A DNA stretch of 64,000 nt from Nitriliruptoraceae bacterium (GCA_007122985.1 SKSM01000067.1:1784-65783), one strand, 5' to 3'; positions 36,452-46,502 are shown, counted from the stretch's first letter. Notes: generated from the letters alone by a model not told the origin. Numbers and translations are program-made.

Positions 36452-37229
36452 CGACCTTGTTCGTGTTGTGCTCGGCCCCGTGGCAGAGATCCATCTCATA
36501 CATCCCCCTCTCAACCTCATAACGGCCGTGGTAACCCGTCAACTGGCTACCGCTCTGGACCAGATTGAGAGCGACCATGAGATTCGAGCGGTGGTGCTTT
36601 CCGCGGCCGGAGATCGCGCCTTCTGTGCAGGTTCGGATATCAAAGAGACTGCTGAGCTTCGGGGGACGATCGCACAAGGTAAGCTGCTGCTGGAGAAGTT
36701 TGTTTTCCGTCGTCTCAGTAAACTAGCTGTGCCGACCATCGCCGCGATCCAAGGGCATGCGCTGGGCGGGGGTCTTGAGCTTGCGCTGTGTTGTGATCTG
36801 CGTATTGCAGACTCGACCGCTCGGCTCGGGCTCCCAGAGGTATGTCTCGGAGCGGTTCCAGGTAGTGGTGGCACGCAGCGCTTGCCACGTGTGGTTGGCC
36901 CTGCGCATGCGAAGAAGCTTCTGTTTACTGGCGAGTCCATCGGCTCCGCTGTGGCGGCGCAGATCGGTTTGCTCAATGAGGTGGTGCCGACTGGCTCCGC
37001 ACGTGGTCGGGCCTTGGAGATCGGCCAGACCATCGCCTCACGCGGGCCAGAGGCCGTCCGCGAAGTCAAGCGTTTGGTCGACAATGCAACGGAGACCGAA
37101 CTCGATCACGGATTGGCCTTGGAACTTGACGCGTCCCAACGGCTATCAGCGACCGACAATGCGATCGAAGGATTCCGCGCGTTCTTCGAGAAGCGGGAGC
37201 CATTCTTCACCGGGATACAGGAGGATTAG
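36444..37229 (+). CDS. enoyl-CoA hydratase/isomerase (crotonase) family protein
   Basis: AFCAGSDIKE and IAAIQGHALGGGLELALCCDLRIA oxyanion-hole motifs. GTG 36444 overlaps the upstream stop. Confidence 0.85.
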   Translation: MDDDLVRVVLGPVAEIHLIHPPLNLITAVVTRQLATALDQIESDHEIRAVVLSAAGDRAFCAGSDIKETAELRGTIAQGKLLLEKFVFRRLSKLAVPTIAAIQGHALGGGLELALCCDLRIADSTARLGLPEVCLGAVPGSGGTQRLPRVVGPAHAKKLLFTGESIGSAVAAQIGLLNEVVPTGSARGRALEIGQTIASRGPEAVREVKRLVDNATETELDHGLALELDASQRLSATDNAIEGFRAFFEKREPFFTGIQED

Positions 37230-38093
37230 GTGGAGGGTCGCGTAGCATTGATCGGAAAGCCGTTGCGTCGGCGACATGGTGCAGTTATGCACAATGCGGC
37301 CTTCGCAGCTTGCGGTATGAGAGCTCAAGCAGAGTTGGTGGAGTTGGATGAGGTCGAACTGCCTAGCTTCGTGGAGTCACTGAAGAAGCCTATGTGGATT
37401 GGGTTCCAGGTCACCTCTCCATACAAGCGGTCCATCATGGGACTGCTCGATCACATTGAAGACGATGCTGAGATCATTGGGGCTGTCAACAGTGGTATTC
37501 GCGAACCGAATGCTACGCTGACAGGATTCAATACGGATATGCCTGGCTGGCTCGACGCGGTGCGACGTGAACTATCGTTCGATATCCGTGGTTCACGTGT
37601 CTTGCTGCTCGGAGCAGGAGGTGTTGCACATGCGATCGCATACGCCTGTGTCGCACAGGGAGCTGATGCACTGACGATTGCTGATCAGATGCCTGAGGCT
37701 GCCGCTCGCCTGGCGAAACGCTTGAGGAGTGTTGATACGCAAGTGACGAGTACTAGAACTGGCACCGACTGGGCGCATGCTTCCTTGCTCGATTGTGATC
37801 TGCTGATCAATGCAACGACGGTTGGTATGACGGTTCCAGGGCCCTTAGTTGACGTCTCTGCCTGTCAACCGCATACCCGGGTCTTTGACGCCGTGTTCTC
37901 CCCACCCATGACGGAACTCGTGAGGGCGGCTCGCGCACGAGGCTTGATGGCAGTGAACGGGGGAGGGATGCTGGTCTCGCAGGCGGCGATCGCGTTCGAG
38001 CGGTGGACGGGTCGAACCGACGTGTATGATGTTATGGAGGCGGCAGTCCGGCCATTGTTAATGGCAATGCCGGGCTCGCACCCTCCGGACTAG
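37230..38093 (+). CDS. shikimate/quinate dehydrogenase family protein (divergent substrate-site motif)
   Basis: QVTSPYK (catalytic Lys), GFNTD (catalytic Asp) and GAGGVAHAIAYA Rossmann motif. The canonical N-terminal HSxSP is replaced by RRRHGAV. Confidence 0.8.
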   Translation: MEGRVALIGKPLRRRHGAVMHNAAFAACGMRAQAELVELDEVELPSFVESLKKPMWIGFQVTSPYKRSIMGLLDHIEDDAEIIGAVNSGIREPNATLTGFNTDMPGWLDAVRRELSFDIRGSRVLLLGAGGVAHAIAYACVAQGADALTIADQMPEAAARLAKRLRSVDTQVTSTRTGTDWAHASLLDCDLLINATTVGMTVPGPLVDVSACQPHTRVFDAVFSPPMTELVRAARARGLMAVNGGGMLVSQAAIAFERWTGRTDVYDVMEAAVRPLLMAMPGSHPPD

Positions 38094-38359
38094 AACGAAG
38101 GGCGGGCGACGTCAGGACGTAACCCTCCGATCACATATCGGCTTCCGTGAAACGAACTGCATGAGGATCTGCGTAACTTGCCGTCAGCGCCAAGTCGGCT
38201 TGGATCCGTCCGACCGGTGGTGAGGGCGTCGAGCACATTGTGGGCTACCTGGCAGGATCCGTTAACCTTGTTGGACGGAGAGGCTGTACGGAGCGGGCCG
38301 GCACGTGAATCTAAAGGTGCCGCACGGTGTAGGAGTTGCTCGTAAGTCCGAACGAACTC

Positions 38360-39181
38360 ATGAGAGAAGCGCAGATGTCGAACAACTCAGGGCATGGGCA
38401 GGCGGTTGGCCGGGCGCTGCGTATACTTGAGCTTCTTGCCCCAGAGCGTGATGGTTTGCGCGTTACGGATATCGCGAACGCTTTGCAGCTAAACAAGGCA
38501 ATCGTTTTTCGGATCCTTAGTGAGTTGGTTAGGAACCGTTATGTAGCCCAAGATCCAAATAGCCAGCGATATGTAGCAACCTTCACCCTGGCTGCTGTCG
38601 GTTTGCAGAAGCTCGAGTCAGGCAATTTGAACGAGTGGGCTCAGGAGCCCCTCGATCGGCTTGCGGCAAGAACGAAGGAACTCGTCCGACTTGCTGTCGC
38701 TGAAGGGAGTTCACTTCACTGGATTGCGAAAGCTCAGGGTGCGAACTCGGGATTGATGGTCGACGCCGCGGCGGGCAAGGGCGTACAGCTCCATGCAACT
38801 GCTACAGGTAAAGCGTGGCTCTCGACGCTCGACAATGATCATGTTCGCGACATCATCTCGAGGGTTGGCTTGCCTGCGCAAACGCCGAACACGATCACGG
38901 ACATCGAGACGCTGCTAGCGGATCTCGAGACTGTGCGTCAACATGGCTTTGCCACGACCACGGAGGAGATGGACCCCGGTATCACGGCGGTGGCGGCTCC
39001 GATTGTGCGTGGAGGAGGGCACGCAGGAGCAGCGGTGGGGACCGTCAGCGTCGCCGGTCCGGCGGCGAGGCTGGGACCGGAGATGCTGGAGCACTTCGCT
39101 CCGGATGTAATAGCCACAGCGTCCGAACTCGCCACGAGATGGTCGATCTACGAGCAGGGGCCGAACTTCGTTGTGCAATAG
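38360..39181 (+). CDS. IclR family transcriptional regulator
   Basis: HTH region GRALRILELLAPERDGLRVTDIANALQLNKAIVFRIL and a C-terminal IclR effector domain. Start is ATG 38360 or 38375. Confidence 0.85.
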   Translation: MREAQMSNNSGHGQAVGRALRILELLAPERDGLRVTDIANALQLNKAIVFRILSELVRNRYVAQDPNSQRYVATFTLAAVGLQKLESGNLNEWAQEPLDRLAARTKELVRLAVAEGSSLHWIAKAQGANSGLMVDAAAGKGVQLHATATGKAWLSTLDNDHVRDIISRVGLPAQTPNTITDIETLLADLETVRQHGFATTTEEMDPGITAVAAPIVRGGGHAGAAVGTVSVAGPAARLGPEMLEHFAPDVIATASELATRWSIYEQGPNFVVQ

Positions 39182-39444
39182 TGATTAGTCTGGGCTGTTG
39201 GACCTGAGGGCGATGACTTTGTGAGAGAGTCTCATGGTGTGGTGTAGGAGGGTGCCCCTGTCACGGCTGATGTGATGGAGTGGGCCACCGTGTGTCAGCG
39301 GTTGTTGAAGTCTGAGCACTTCGCGGTCGGGTTGGTGTGCGGGGACACGGCATTCTCCCCGTAGGCGGTCACGAGACCTCCCCGGCCCTGACCGTCTGTG
39401 CCTGTCTCGGGGCGTTCTGAGATGGGTGTTCCTCCCGGTATGAC

Positions 39445-40861
39445 GGCTCTTCGGATTCCAGCGGGGTCAGGCGGGCTGCACGGTGCTGAGCAGCGACCAG
39501 TTGGGCTGTCCGGCGTAGAGAAGGACACGGATGTGCCAGTGGACGAAGTTGGTCATCCCGAACGCGACCCTCTTGACGCGTTTTGAGAGATTGTTCATCG
39601 ACTCGGTGGGCCCGTTGGGCACCTGCGCGCCGTGCCACGCCGCGATCTGCTCCCGCCATCGGCGTATCGTGCGGCCGAGCTGACGCACCTCGGGAGGGCA
39701 GCCGCGGTCCTGCATGTCGGCGGAGAGCTGATCGACCCATTCGACCGCGAGGTCGGGGTTCCGGTGGGCATACAGCTCCCTGACAGCCTCCTTCGCGTGC
39801 CACGCAGTGGCGACCTCCCCTCGAGGGTCGCCGGCCGCGAGCAGCCCGACCAGCTTGTCCTGCCGGGGCTCGTCGAGACGTTCCTGAGCGAGCACCAGCA
39901 GCTTGCGGGCACGGTAGAGCGGATCGCTCTTGCGGCCGCGATGTCCGAGCGTCTCCTGCTGAACTCGGCGGCGGACCTCATCGAGCTTCTGGGCTGCCAG
40001 CCGGTGGACGTGGAACGGATCCGCGACCTGGGTGGCCTCGGGCAGCATCGTGTCGAACACTGCCCGATACGAACCGGAGAGATCCAGGGTTCCGTAGCGG
40101 ATCTTGCCGCACCAGCCCGGACCGCGATTCGCCAGCCAACGGCATGCAGGAGCCGAATCTCGGCCTTCCACGACATCCAGCAGCCGTCCCGCTCGTACGT
40201 CCACGATCGAGGTCGACCACTGCCGGATGCGCCACTCACCACGCCGGGAGAACAGCACCTCGTCGAGTCCCAACGCCTCGACATCACCGATCCGATCAGG
40301 GTGGTCGACCAGGGCGGTGCCGTTGGCGATCACCGCGTCATTGATCGTGTGCCAGTCGGCGCCGAGCTCGTCGGCGACCTCCGACACAGTGCGTCCGTAC
40401 TTGCCGACCTGCAGCGTCGACCAGCGTCCTGCCCTCGAGGTCATAGACATCCGTGGCGCGGCGATACGCGGCTCGAGCTCGGTCCACGAACCCGTCACGC
40501 ACCGAGGATCAGGGCACTCCCACCGGCGCTTGATCCACACCAGCCGGGTCGCTCTTCCGAAGGCGGGCAGGTCAACCAGCGGCACGGGCGGGCGGTCCTT
40601 GATCTTGGCAACCGCCCCGCAGCCGGCACAGACCACCGGGGTCTCGACGCGGGTCTCGATCTCCACCCGCAGCGGCGTGGTTGCGCTGCGATCGTGCACG
40701 GCGAGGACGTTGACGTCGGGCAGTCCGACCAGCAGCTCACACATCTCGGTAGGGTCGTGCGACACGGGAGTCCTGTTCGAGGAGAGGTCATAGGCACCCT
40801 CAGCCTCGCAGGGCTCCCGTGCTGTTCAGCGGAACCCGACCCCGCTCATCTCCGAAGCTCC
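39445..40861 (-). mobile_element. ISL3-family insertion sequence (~1.4 kb)
   Basis: Terminal inverted repeats GGCTCTTCGGATTCCAGCGGGGTCAGG (39445-39471) and CCCGACCCCGCTCATCTCCGAAGCTCC (40835-40861), 20 of 27 positions complementary. Encloses a single transposase gene. Confidence 0.75.
39467..40765 (-). CDS. ISL3 family transposase
   Basis: 432 aa. N-terminal zinc-finger region (VVCAGCGAVAKIKD...WECPDPRC). Overall pattern typical of ISL3 transposases (LDEVLF..., FHVHRLAA...). Confidence 0.9.
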   Translation of the reverse strand: MSHDPTEMCELLVGLPDVNVLAVHDRSATTPLRVEIETRVETPVVCAGCGAVAKIKDRPPVPLVDLPAFGRATRLVWIKRRWECPDPRCVTGSWTELEPRIAAPRMSMTSRAGRWSTLQVGKYGRTVSEVADELGADWHTINDAVIANGTALVDHPDRIGDVEALGLDEVLFSRRGEWRIRQWSTSIVDVRAGRLLDVVEGRDSAPACRWLANRGPGWCGKIRYGTLDLSGSYRAVFDTMLPEATQVADPFHVHRLAAQKLDEVRRRVQQETLGHRGRKSDPLYRARKLLVLAQERLDEPRQDKLVGLLAAGDPRGEVATAWHAKEAVRELYAHRNPDLAVEWVDQLSADMQDRGCPPEVRQLGRTIRRWREQIAAWHGAQVPNGPTESMNNLSKRVKRVAFGMTNFVHWHIRVLLYAGQPNWSLLSTVQPA

Positions 40862-41351
40862 GGCATTGCTCGGCCCACTCGCCGGTGAACGGTTGGAGTT
40901 GGTGCCCTCCACGCTGACCGATTGGGCAACGTGGCGCCGCGAGCATCCCGGCACGCTCGCCCTCGATGCCCAGGGTGGGATGACCGGGATCGACGTCGAT
41001 GCCACCCACATCGTCATCGACCTTGACGAAGAGTCGTTGGCGGTCCCTGTCTCGGAACTGCGCGACCACGGGGTTGCCAACGTCGAGGTCGCAGGTGTCG
41101 CTGTCGCGGTGGTCGCCGAGCCCGTCCCCGGCGGGTGGTGGGTGGTGTACTCCCGACAGCTCGACGAGCGGGTCGTGACCCTCGAGCTCGAGGGCGACAC
41201 GCTGATCGAGGTGGATGGTCCTGGCCGGTGGGGCGGTGCACGCGGGCTGCCCGAGGACGGCGGTGAACGACTCGATCCGCTCGGCGCGCTGACCCTTCTC
41301 CCCAAGGACTTCGAGGTGCACTTCCCCGACGGGCAGGTGTGGACACCCTGA
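40862..41351 (+). pseudogene. 5'-truncated DUF3179-family gene (C-terminal part only), cut by the ISL3 element
   Basis: LLGPLAGERLELVPSTLTDWATWRREHPGTLAL corresponds to the distal part of the DUF3179 domain as I recall it. The frame is open into the IS end. No start codon with an SD, and no N-terminal half on the other IS flank. Confidence 0.5.
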
Positions 41352-41543
41352 CGGCGGTCACCCAGTGGCAGCGGCCGTGGCGCGGACGGCGCGTCTGCGG
41401 AGTCGGAGAACGCGCGGTCGCGAGGTCAAGCGGGTCGAGGTGCTCGGCGATGGAGCCGGATCAGTAGTTCTACCGATGCGGAGCCGGCGCCTGCGCGTAG
41501 AGACTGGGTGGCATCGCAGTAGGCGGACAGGAGGATCCCGCGC

Positions 41544-42365
41544 ATGACGACGAACGAGCTGCGCACGTCCCAGACGACGTCGGCCGACGACACGACCATC
41601 GCGTGGTTCAGCAGCGGCGAGGGCCCCCCGCTGCTGCTGGTCCACGGCAGCGCGGGCGACCACAGCCGCTGGAACACGCTGCGCCCTCACCTCGAGCCGC
41701 ACTTCACGGTGCACGCGATGGACCGGCGCGGGCGGGGCGCCAGCGGCGACGGCCCGGAGTACGCGATCGAGCGCGAGCACGAGGACGTCGCCGCGGTCGT
41801 GGACGCCATCGCCGACGAGCACGGCCAGTCGGTGGACGTCTACGGCCACTCCCACGGTGGGTTCGCGGCCTTCGGGGCACCGGTGCTCACCGCCAATCTG
41901 CGGCGGCTGGTGCTCTACGAGGCCTGGCCGATGGAGGATCCCTCGGCGGTCACCCCACCCGTGGAGTTCGTGGAACGGATGGAGGCGCTGCTCGCCGAAG
42001 GCAAGGACGAAGAGGCCGTCGTGACCCTCTTCCGTGACGCCGTCGGGTCCACCGACGAGGAGCTTCAGATCGTGCGCTCCCAGCCGTCGTGGCCCGGGCG
42101 CGTTGCCGCCGCCCACACCCTCCCGCGCGAGCTGCGGGTCCACGACGAGCATCGCTTCGACCCTGAGGCGGCGGCACGGATCGCGGTGCCGACGCTGCTG
42201 CTGGTGGGCGCCGACGCACCGGACCGCTTCCAGCCCGAGCCCGTGCTCGATGCCCTGCCCGACGGCGAGCTCGCCGAGCTCGCGGGTCAGGAGCACGAGG
42301 CGGACATCGTCGCCCCGCAGCTCGTCGCCGAACAGCTCGTCCGCTTCCTCCTCGACGACGCCTGA
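41544..42365 (+). CDS. alpha/beta hydrolase
   Basis: LLLVHGSAGD (HG oxyanion) and the GHSHGG nucleophile elbow. ATG preceded by CAGGAGGA. Confidence 0.85.
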   Translation: MTTNELRTSQTTSADDTTIAWFSSGEGPPLLLVHGSAGDHSRWNTLRPHLEPHFTVHAMDRRGRGASGDGPEYAIEREHEDVAAVVDAIADEHGQSVDVYGHSHGGFAAFGAPVLTANLRRLVLYEAWPMEDPSAVTPPVEFVERMEALLAEGKDEEAVVTLFRDAVGSTDEELQIVRSQPSWPGRVAAAHTLPRELRVHDEHRFDPEAAARIAVPTLLLVGADAPDRFQPEPVLDALPDGELAELAGQEHEADIVAPQLVAEQLVRFLLDDA

Positions 42366-42388
42366 GGGCGCGCCACCGGCCGCTGGCC

Positions 42389-44719
42389 CTACTGGCGGGC
42401 CTCGGCCGTCGCCCGCGGGGCCTGGACGGCACGCCAGATGCGTTCAGGGGTGCAGGGCATCTCGACGTCGTCGATGCCGAGGTGGCGCAGGGCGTCGACG
42501 ACCGCGTTGACCACGGCCGGCGGCGCACCGATGGCACCGGCCTCGCCGGCGCCCTTGACGCCAAGCGGATTGTGCGGGCTCGGCGTCACGGTGCGGTCGA
42601 GCTCGTAGTGGGGCAGATCGGGTGCTCCAGGCACGACGTAGTCGATCAGTGACGAGGTCTGCAGGTTGCCGTCCTCGTCGTACTCCACGCCCTCATAGAG
42701 GGCCTGGGCGATGCCCTGGGCGATCCCGCCGTGGCGCTGCCCGTCGAGCACCGCCGGGTTGAGGACCCGGCCGACGTCGTCGACCGCGACGAACCGACGG
42801 ATGGAGACCAGGCCGGTCTCCGTATCCACCTCGACGACACAGGCGTGCGCGCCGAACGGGATCGTCAGCCCGTCCGGCTGGTACTGCGTCGACGCCTCGA
42901 GTCCGGGCGTCATCCCTTCGGGAACGTCACCACGGGCAGCCGCAGCGGCCACCTGTGCGAGGCTGACCGCGGCGTCCGGGGAGCCGCGCACGGTCAGCTG
43001 CCCGTCGGCGACCACGATGTCCTCGGCTGCGGCCTCGAGCAGGTGCGCGGCCACCCGGCGGGCCTTGTCGGCGACCTGCCTGGCCGTGATGTGCACGGCG
43101 CTGCCGCCGACCGACATCGCACGCGATCCGAAGGATCCGGTCCCGGTCGGTACGGCAGCGGTGTCGCCGTGGATGACGGTCACCTCGGTCGGCTCCACAC
43201 CCAGCTCGTCGGCGGTCAGCTGGGCGAGGCTCGTGGCCGTGCCCTGTCCGGTCGGTCCGAGTCCCGTGGACACCTCCACCCGGCCGTCGGCGCGGACCCG
43301 CACCCCACCGCTCTCTGGCGTTCCCGGTCCGAAGCCGCAGATCTCGACGTAGCTCGAGAGCCCGACGCCAAGCAGCAGCCGGTCACCACGCTCGCGGCGG
43401 TCGCGTTGCTCGACCCGGACCGTGTCGTAGTCGACCAGCTCCAGCGCACGGTCGAGCGCAGCGCCGTAGTCACCCGAGTCGTACTCCAGCCCCGCAATGT
43501 TGGTGAACGGGAACTCCTCGGGGGCAGGCAGGTTGCGCCGACGCAGCTCTGCCGGGTCCATGCCGAGCTCGGCGGCCAGGTCGTCGATGACCCGCTCGAC
43601 CGCGAAGGTGGCCTCGGGACGCCCGGCGCCGCGGTAGGCGTCGGTGGGTGTGGCGTTGGTGAACAGCCCCGTCGCCGTGAACTGGAACGCCTGCCACCGG
43701 TAGCAGCCGGGCAGCATCCGCCGTCCGGACATCGGCACGCCGGCGGTCAGCAGCATCAGGTAGGCGCCGCAGTCGGCGGTGATGTCGGCCCGCAGGCCGA
43801 GGAGGGTGCCGTCGGCCTGCGCTGCCACGGCGACGTGCTGGACCTGCCCACGTCCGTGGTTGGTGGTCTGCATGTCCTCGCTGCGTGACGCCGTCCAACG
43901 CACCGGCTGTGACAGCCGCAGCGCGAGGGCCGCACACAGCAGGTCCTCCGGGTAGGGGTTCATCTTCGCCCCGAACCCGCCACCGACGTCGAGGGCGACC
44001 ACCCGAACCTCGCGCTCGTCCATGTCCAGGCAGTCGGCGAGGTGTCTGCGGATGCGGTGGGGGACCTGCGTCGAGGTGTAGAGCACCAGACCGCCGGCCG
44101 GCTCCGGGACCGCCAGCACCGACCGCGGCTCGAGCGGGGTCGGCACGAGCCGTTGCTGCACGTAGCGTCGTTCGATGACGACGTCGGCCTGCGCGAAGGC
44201 CGCGTCGACGTCGCCCCGGGGCCTGCCCTGGTAGCGGAAGGCGACGTTGTCCTCGAACCCGTCGTGGATCCGGGTGTCGCGGTTCTGTGCCGCCTCCACG
44301 TCGGTGACGGCCGGCAGCGGCTCGTAGTCGATGTCAACGAACTCGACGCCGTCGGCGGCAGCGGCCGCCGAATCGGCGACCACGACCGCGACGGGCTCGC
44401 CGACGTGGCGTACCCGGTCGGTCGCCAGCGGCCAGTGATCGGGAACGTCTGCCTTGCCCACAGTGCCGCCGGGCAGTGGTGCGTGCCACGCGTCGGCGAG
44501 GTCCAGGGCGCTGTAGGCCGCGACGACGCCGGGCGCCTCGAGGGCGGGTGCGACGTCGACCTTCCGCAGCACGGCGTGTGCGATCGGTGAGCGGACGACG
44601 CCGAGGTAGAGCTGCCCCTCGACGCGGAGGTTGTCCACCCACCGGGCCCGTCCGGTGACCAGACGCTGGTCCTCGATCCGCGGTGTGGACCGACCGACGT
44701 GCCCTTGCTGCTCGTTCAT
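42389..44719 (-). CDS. molybdopterin-binding large subunit of the xanthine dehydrogenase / CoxL-like family
   Basis: ATG 44719 ([23 protein letters not shown]). [10 protein letters not shown] active-site loop, the generic/form-II type rather than the form-I CO-dehydrogenase motif. ~776 aa. Confidence 0.9.
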   Translation of the reverse strand: MNEQQGHVGRSTPRIEDQRLVTGRARWVDNLRVEGQLYLGVVRSPIAHAVLRKVDVAPALEAPGVVAAYSALDLADAWHAPLPGGTVGKADVPDHWPLATDRVRHVGEPVAVVVADSAAAAADGVEFVDIDYEPLPAVTDVEAAQNRDTRIHDGFEDNVAFRYQGRPRGDVDAAFAQADVVIERRYVQQRLVPTPLEPRSVLAVPEPAGGLVLYTSTQVPHRIRRHLADCLDMDEREVRVVALDVGGGFGAKMNPYPEDLLCAALALRLSQPVRWTASRSEDMQTTNHGRGQVQHVAVAAQADGTLLGLRADITADCGAYLMLLTAGVPMSGRRMLPGCYRWQAFQFTATGLFTNATPTDAYRGAGRPEATFAVERVIDDLAAELGMDPAELRRRNLPAPEEFPFTNIAGLEYDSGDYGAALDRALELVDYDTVRVEQRDRRERGDRLLLGVGLSSYVEICGFGPGTPESGGVRVRADGRVEVSTGLGPTGQGTATSLAQLTADELGVEPTEVTVIHGDTAAVPTGTGSFGSRAMSVGGSAVHITARQVADKARRVAAHLLEAAAEDIVVADGQLTVRGSPDAAVSLAQVAAAAARGDVPEGMTPGLEASTQYQPDGLTIPFGAHACVVEVDTETGLVSIRRFVAVDDVGRVLNPAVLDGQRHGGIAQGIAQALYEGVEYDEDGNLQTSSLIDYVVPGAPDLPHYELDRTVTPSPHNPLGVKGAGEAGAIGAPPAVVNAVVDALRHLGIDDVEMPCTPERIWRAVQAPRATAEARQ

Positions 44720-44928
44720 CGTCGGCTCCGGGCAGGGCGCGTGGTCTGCTGGTCCAGACCTGCACACCGTAGCCGCGGTCGCCTTCGGTCAAGGTGCGTC
44801 CCGATTGTGACGACGCAAGTACAGACGAGGTACAGGCTCGGTACAGACCCTACGGCCAGCGCGTCGCTGGTCACCCGACCTCCCGATGCTCGCGCGCGGG
44901 TGGGCACCGCCTGTCGGGAAGGACGCTG

Positions 44929-46440
44929 ATGGCCGCCGCAGTGACACGGCTCGTCGCCGCGGCTGCTGCGGGCACGGCGCTCGTGCAGGACGGCGATCCC
45001 TCGGGGGATGCCCCTGCAGAAGCTGGACGGCGCGCCTGGCGCTACCTGCTCGTCGGTGGGTTGCTGCTGTCCGGGCTGTATGTCGTCATCCCCTACGGGC
45101 TGGCCGCAAGCGGGCTGTACGTCGCCACCTCGGCCGTGGCGGCCGTCGCCGTTGGCCTGGCCGTGCTCTCCCGTCGGCCGCGCCCGTACTGCCCGGCCGC
45201 CTGGAAGCTGGTCGCCGGCGGACTGGCCGTGTCAGCGGGTGGTCATGCCGTCTGGTACTGGCTCGATCTGCGCGGCCTCGAGCCCTTCCCATCGGTCGCG
45301 GATGCGTTCTACCTCGTGGCCTACCCCCTGTTCGGAGTCGCGCTGTGGCTGCTCGGGCGCAACAGCGGCCGTCGGGACGGTGCGCTCAGCGACGCCCTCA
45401 TCGTCGGGGTGTCGGCGGCCGTGCTCGGGTGGGCCCTGCTGATCGCGCCCTACGTCTACGATCCCGCGCTCACCACCGCTGAGCTCCTGGTCTCCGCCGG
45501 GTACCCGGTCGCAGATCTGATCCTGCTGCCGCTGATCCTGCGGCTGGTCTTCCTCCACCGGACGGGAGCGGTCGCGCACGTGCTGCTGCTGATGGGCATG
45601 CTCGCCTATCTGGTCGCGGACATGCTCTACGCCCATGGGAACGCGACCGGCTGGTACGCCCCGGGCGGGCTGACCGACGCGCTGTGGTTGCTCGCCTACA
45701 CGTTGTTCGTTGCCGCGGTCTGGCATCCCTCGGCGGTGAGGACGCCACGATCGCGGGCCTCGCGGGCGGAGCTGTCGGGCCGGCGGCTGGTCGTGCTCGG
45801 CACGGCGTCGGTGCTCGCCCCCACCGTCATCCTGCTCACTGCGGGCAGCGATCTGGACACGGTGCGCATCGCGGCGATCGGCTCGATCGTGCTGTTCCTG
45901 CTGGTCATGCACCGCATGGCCGGCCTCATGCGCCAGACCCACCGGCAGGCCGACGAGCTCGAACGCCTGGCGGGGACCGATCCGCTGACCGGCGTCGCCA
46001 ACCGTCGGCACCTCGAGCAGGCATTGACGCGCGAGGTCTCCCGATCCGAGCGGACCCACCGGCCGCTGTGTGTGGCCTACCTCGACCTGGACCACTTCAA
46101 GCAGTTCAACGACGCCCACGGGCACACGGCCGGTGACGCCCTGCTGCAGGAGCTCACCGCCGCGTGGAGCGACGTCCTGCGGCCCACCGACCTGCTGGCA
46201 CGGGTCGGCGGTGAGGAGTTCGTGATCGTCTTCCCCGACCTCGCCGAGCACTCCTGCCGGACGGTGCTCGACCGCCTGCGCCGGCTGGTGCCGCACGGGC
46301 AGACCTGCTCGGCCGGGATCGCAGCGCTGCTCCCCGGAGAGACCGCGGAGGGCCTGCTCGCCCGCGCCGATCGGGCGCTGTACGCCGCCAAGGAGGACGG
46401 CCGCGATGTGACGGTCCTCGCCCCGCGACCGGCGGGCTAG
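44929..46440 (+). CDS. integral-membrane GGDEF diguanylate cyclase with RxxD I-site
   Basis: ~8 predicted TM segments followed by a GGDEF domain (TDPLTGVANRR, RVGGEEFVIVF). RPTD lies 5 residues before GGEEF. Confidence 0.85.
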   Translation: MAAAVTRLVAAAAAGTALVQDGDPSGDAPAEAGRRAWRYLLVGGLLLSGLYVVIPYGLAASGLYVATSAVAAVAVGLAVLSRRPRPYCPAAWKLVAGGLAVSAGGHAVWYWLDLRGLEPFPSVADAFYLVAYPLFGVALWLLGRNSGRRDGALSDALIVGVSAAVLGWALLIAPYVYDPALTTAELLVSAGYPVADLILLPLILRLVFLHRTGAVAHVLLLMGMLAYLVADMLYAHGNATGWYAPGGLTDALWLLAYTLFVAAVWHPSAVRTPRSRASRAELSGRRLVVLGTASVLAPTVILLTAGSDLDTVRIAAIGSIVLFLLVMHRMAGLMRQTHRQADELERLAGTDPLTGVANRRHLEQALTREVSRSERTHRPLCVAYLDLDHFKQFNDAHGHTAGDALLQELTAAWSDVLRPTDLLARVGGEEFVIVFPDLAEHSCRTVLDRLRRLVPHGQTCSAGIAALLPGETAEGLLARADRALYAAKEDGRDVTVLAPRPAG

Positions 46441-46502
46441 CAACCGGCCATCCACGTACGCGCCGGCGCTCGGTAGCCTGGCAGTGACGGCGTGGAGGCG
46501 GT

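Noticed and set aside
39182-39444. Possible gene or pseudogene between the IclR gene and the ISL3 end (e.g. minus ORF 39295-39528)
   Set aside because: The ORF runs across the IS terminal repeat, and its translation has no recognisable family. The plus-strand frames are short and interrupted.
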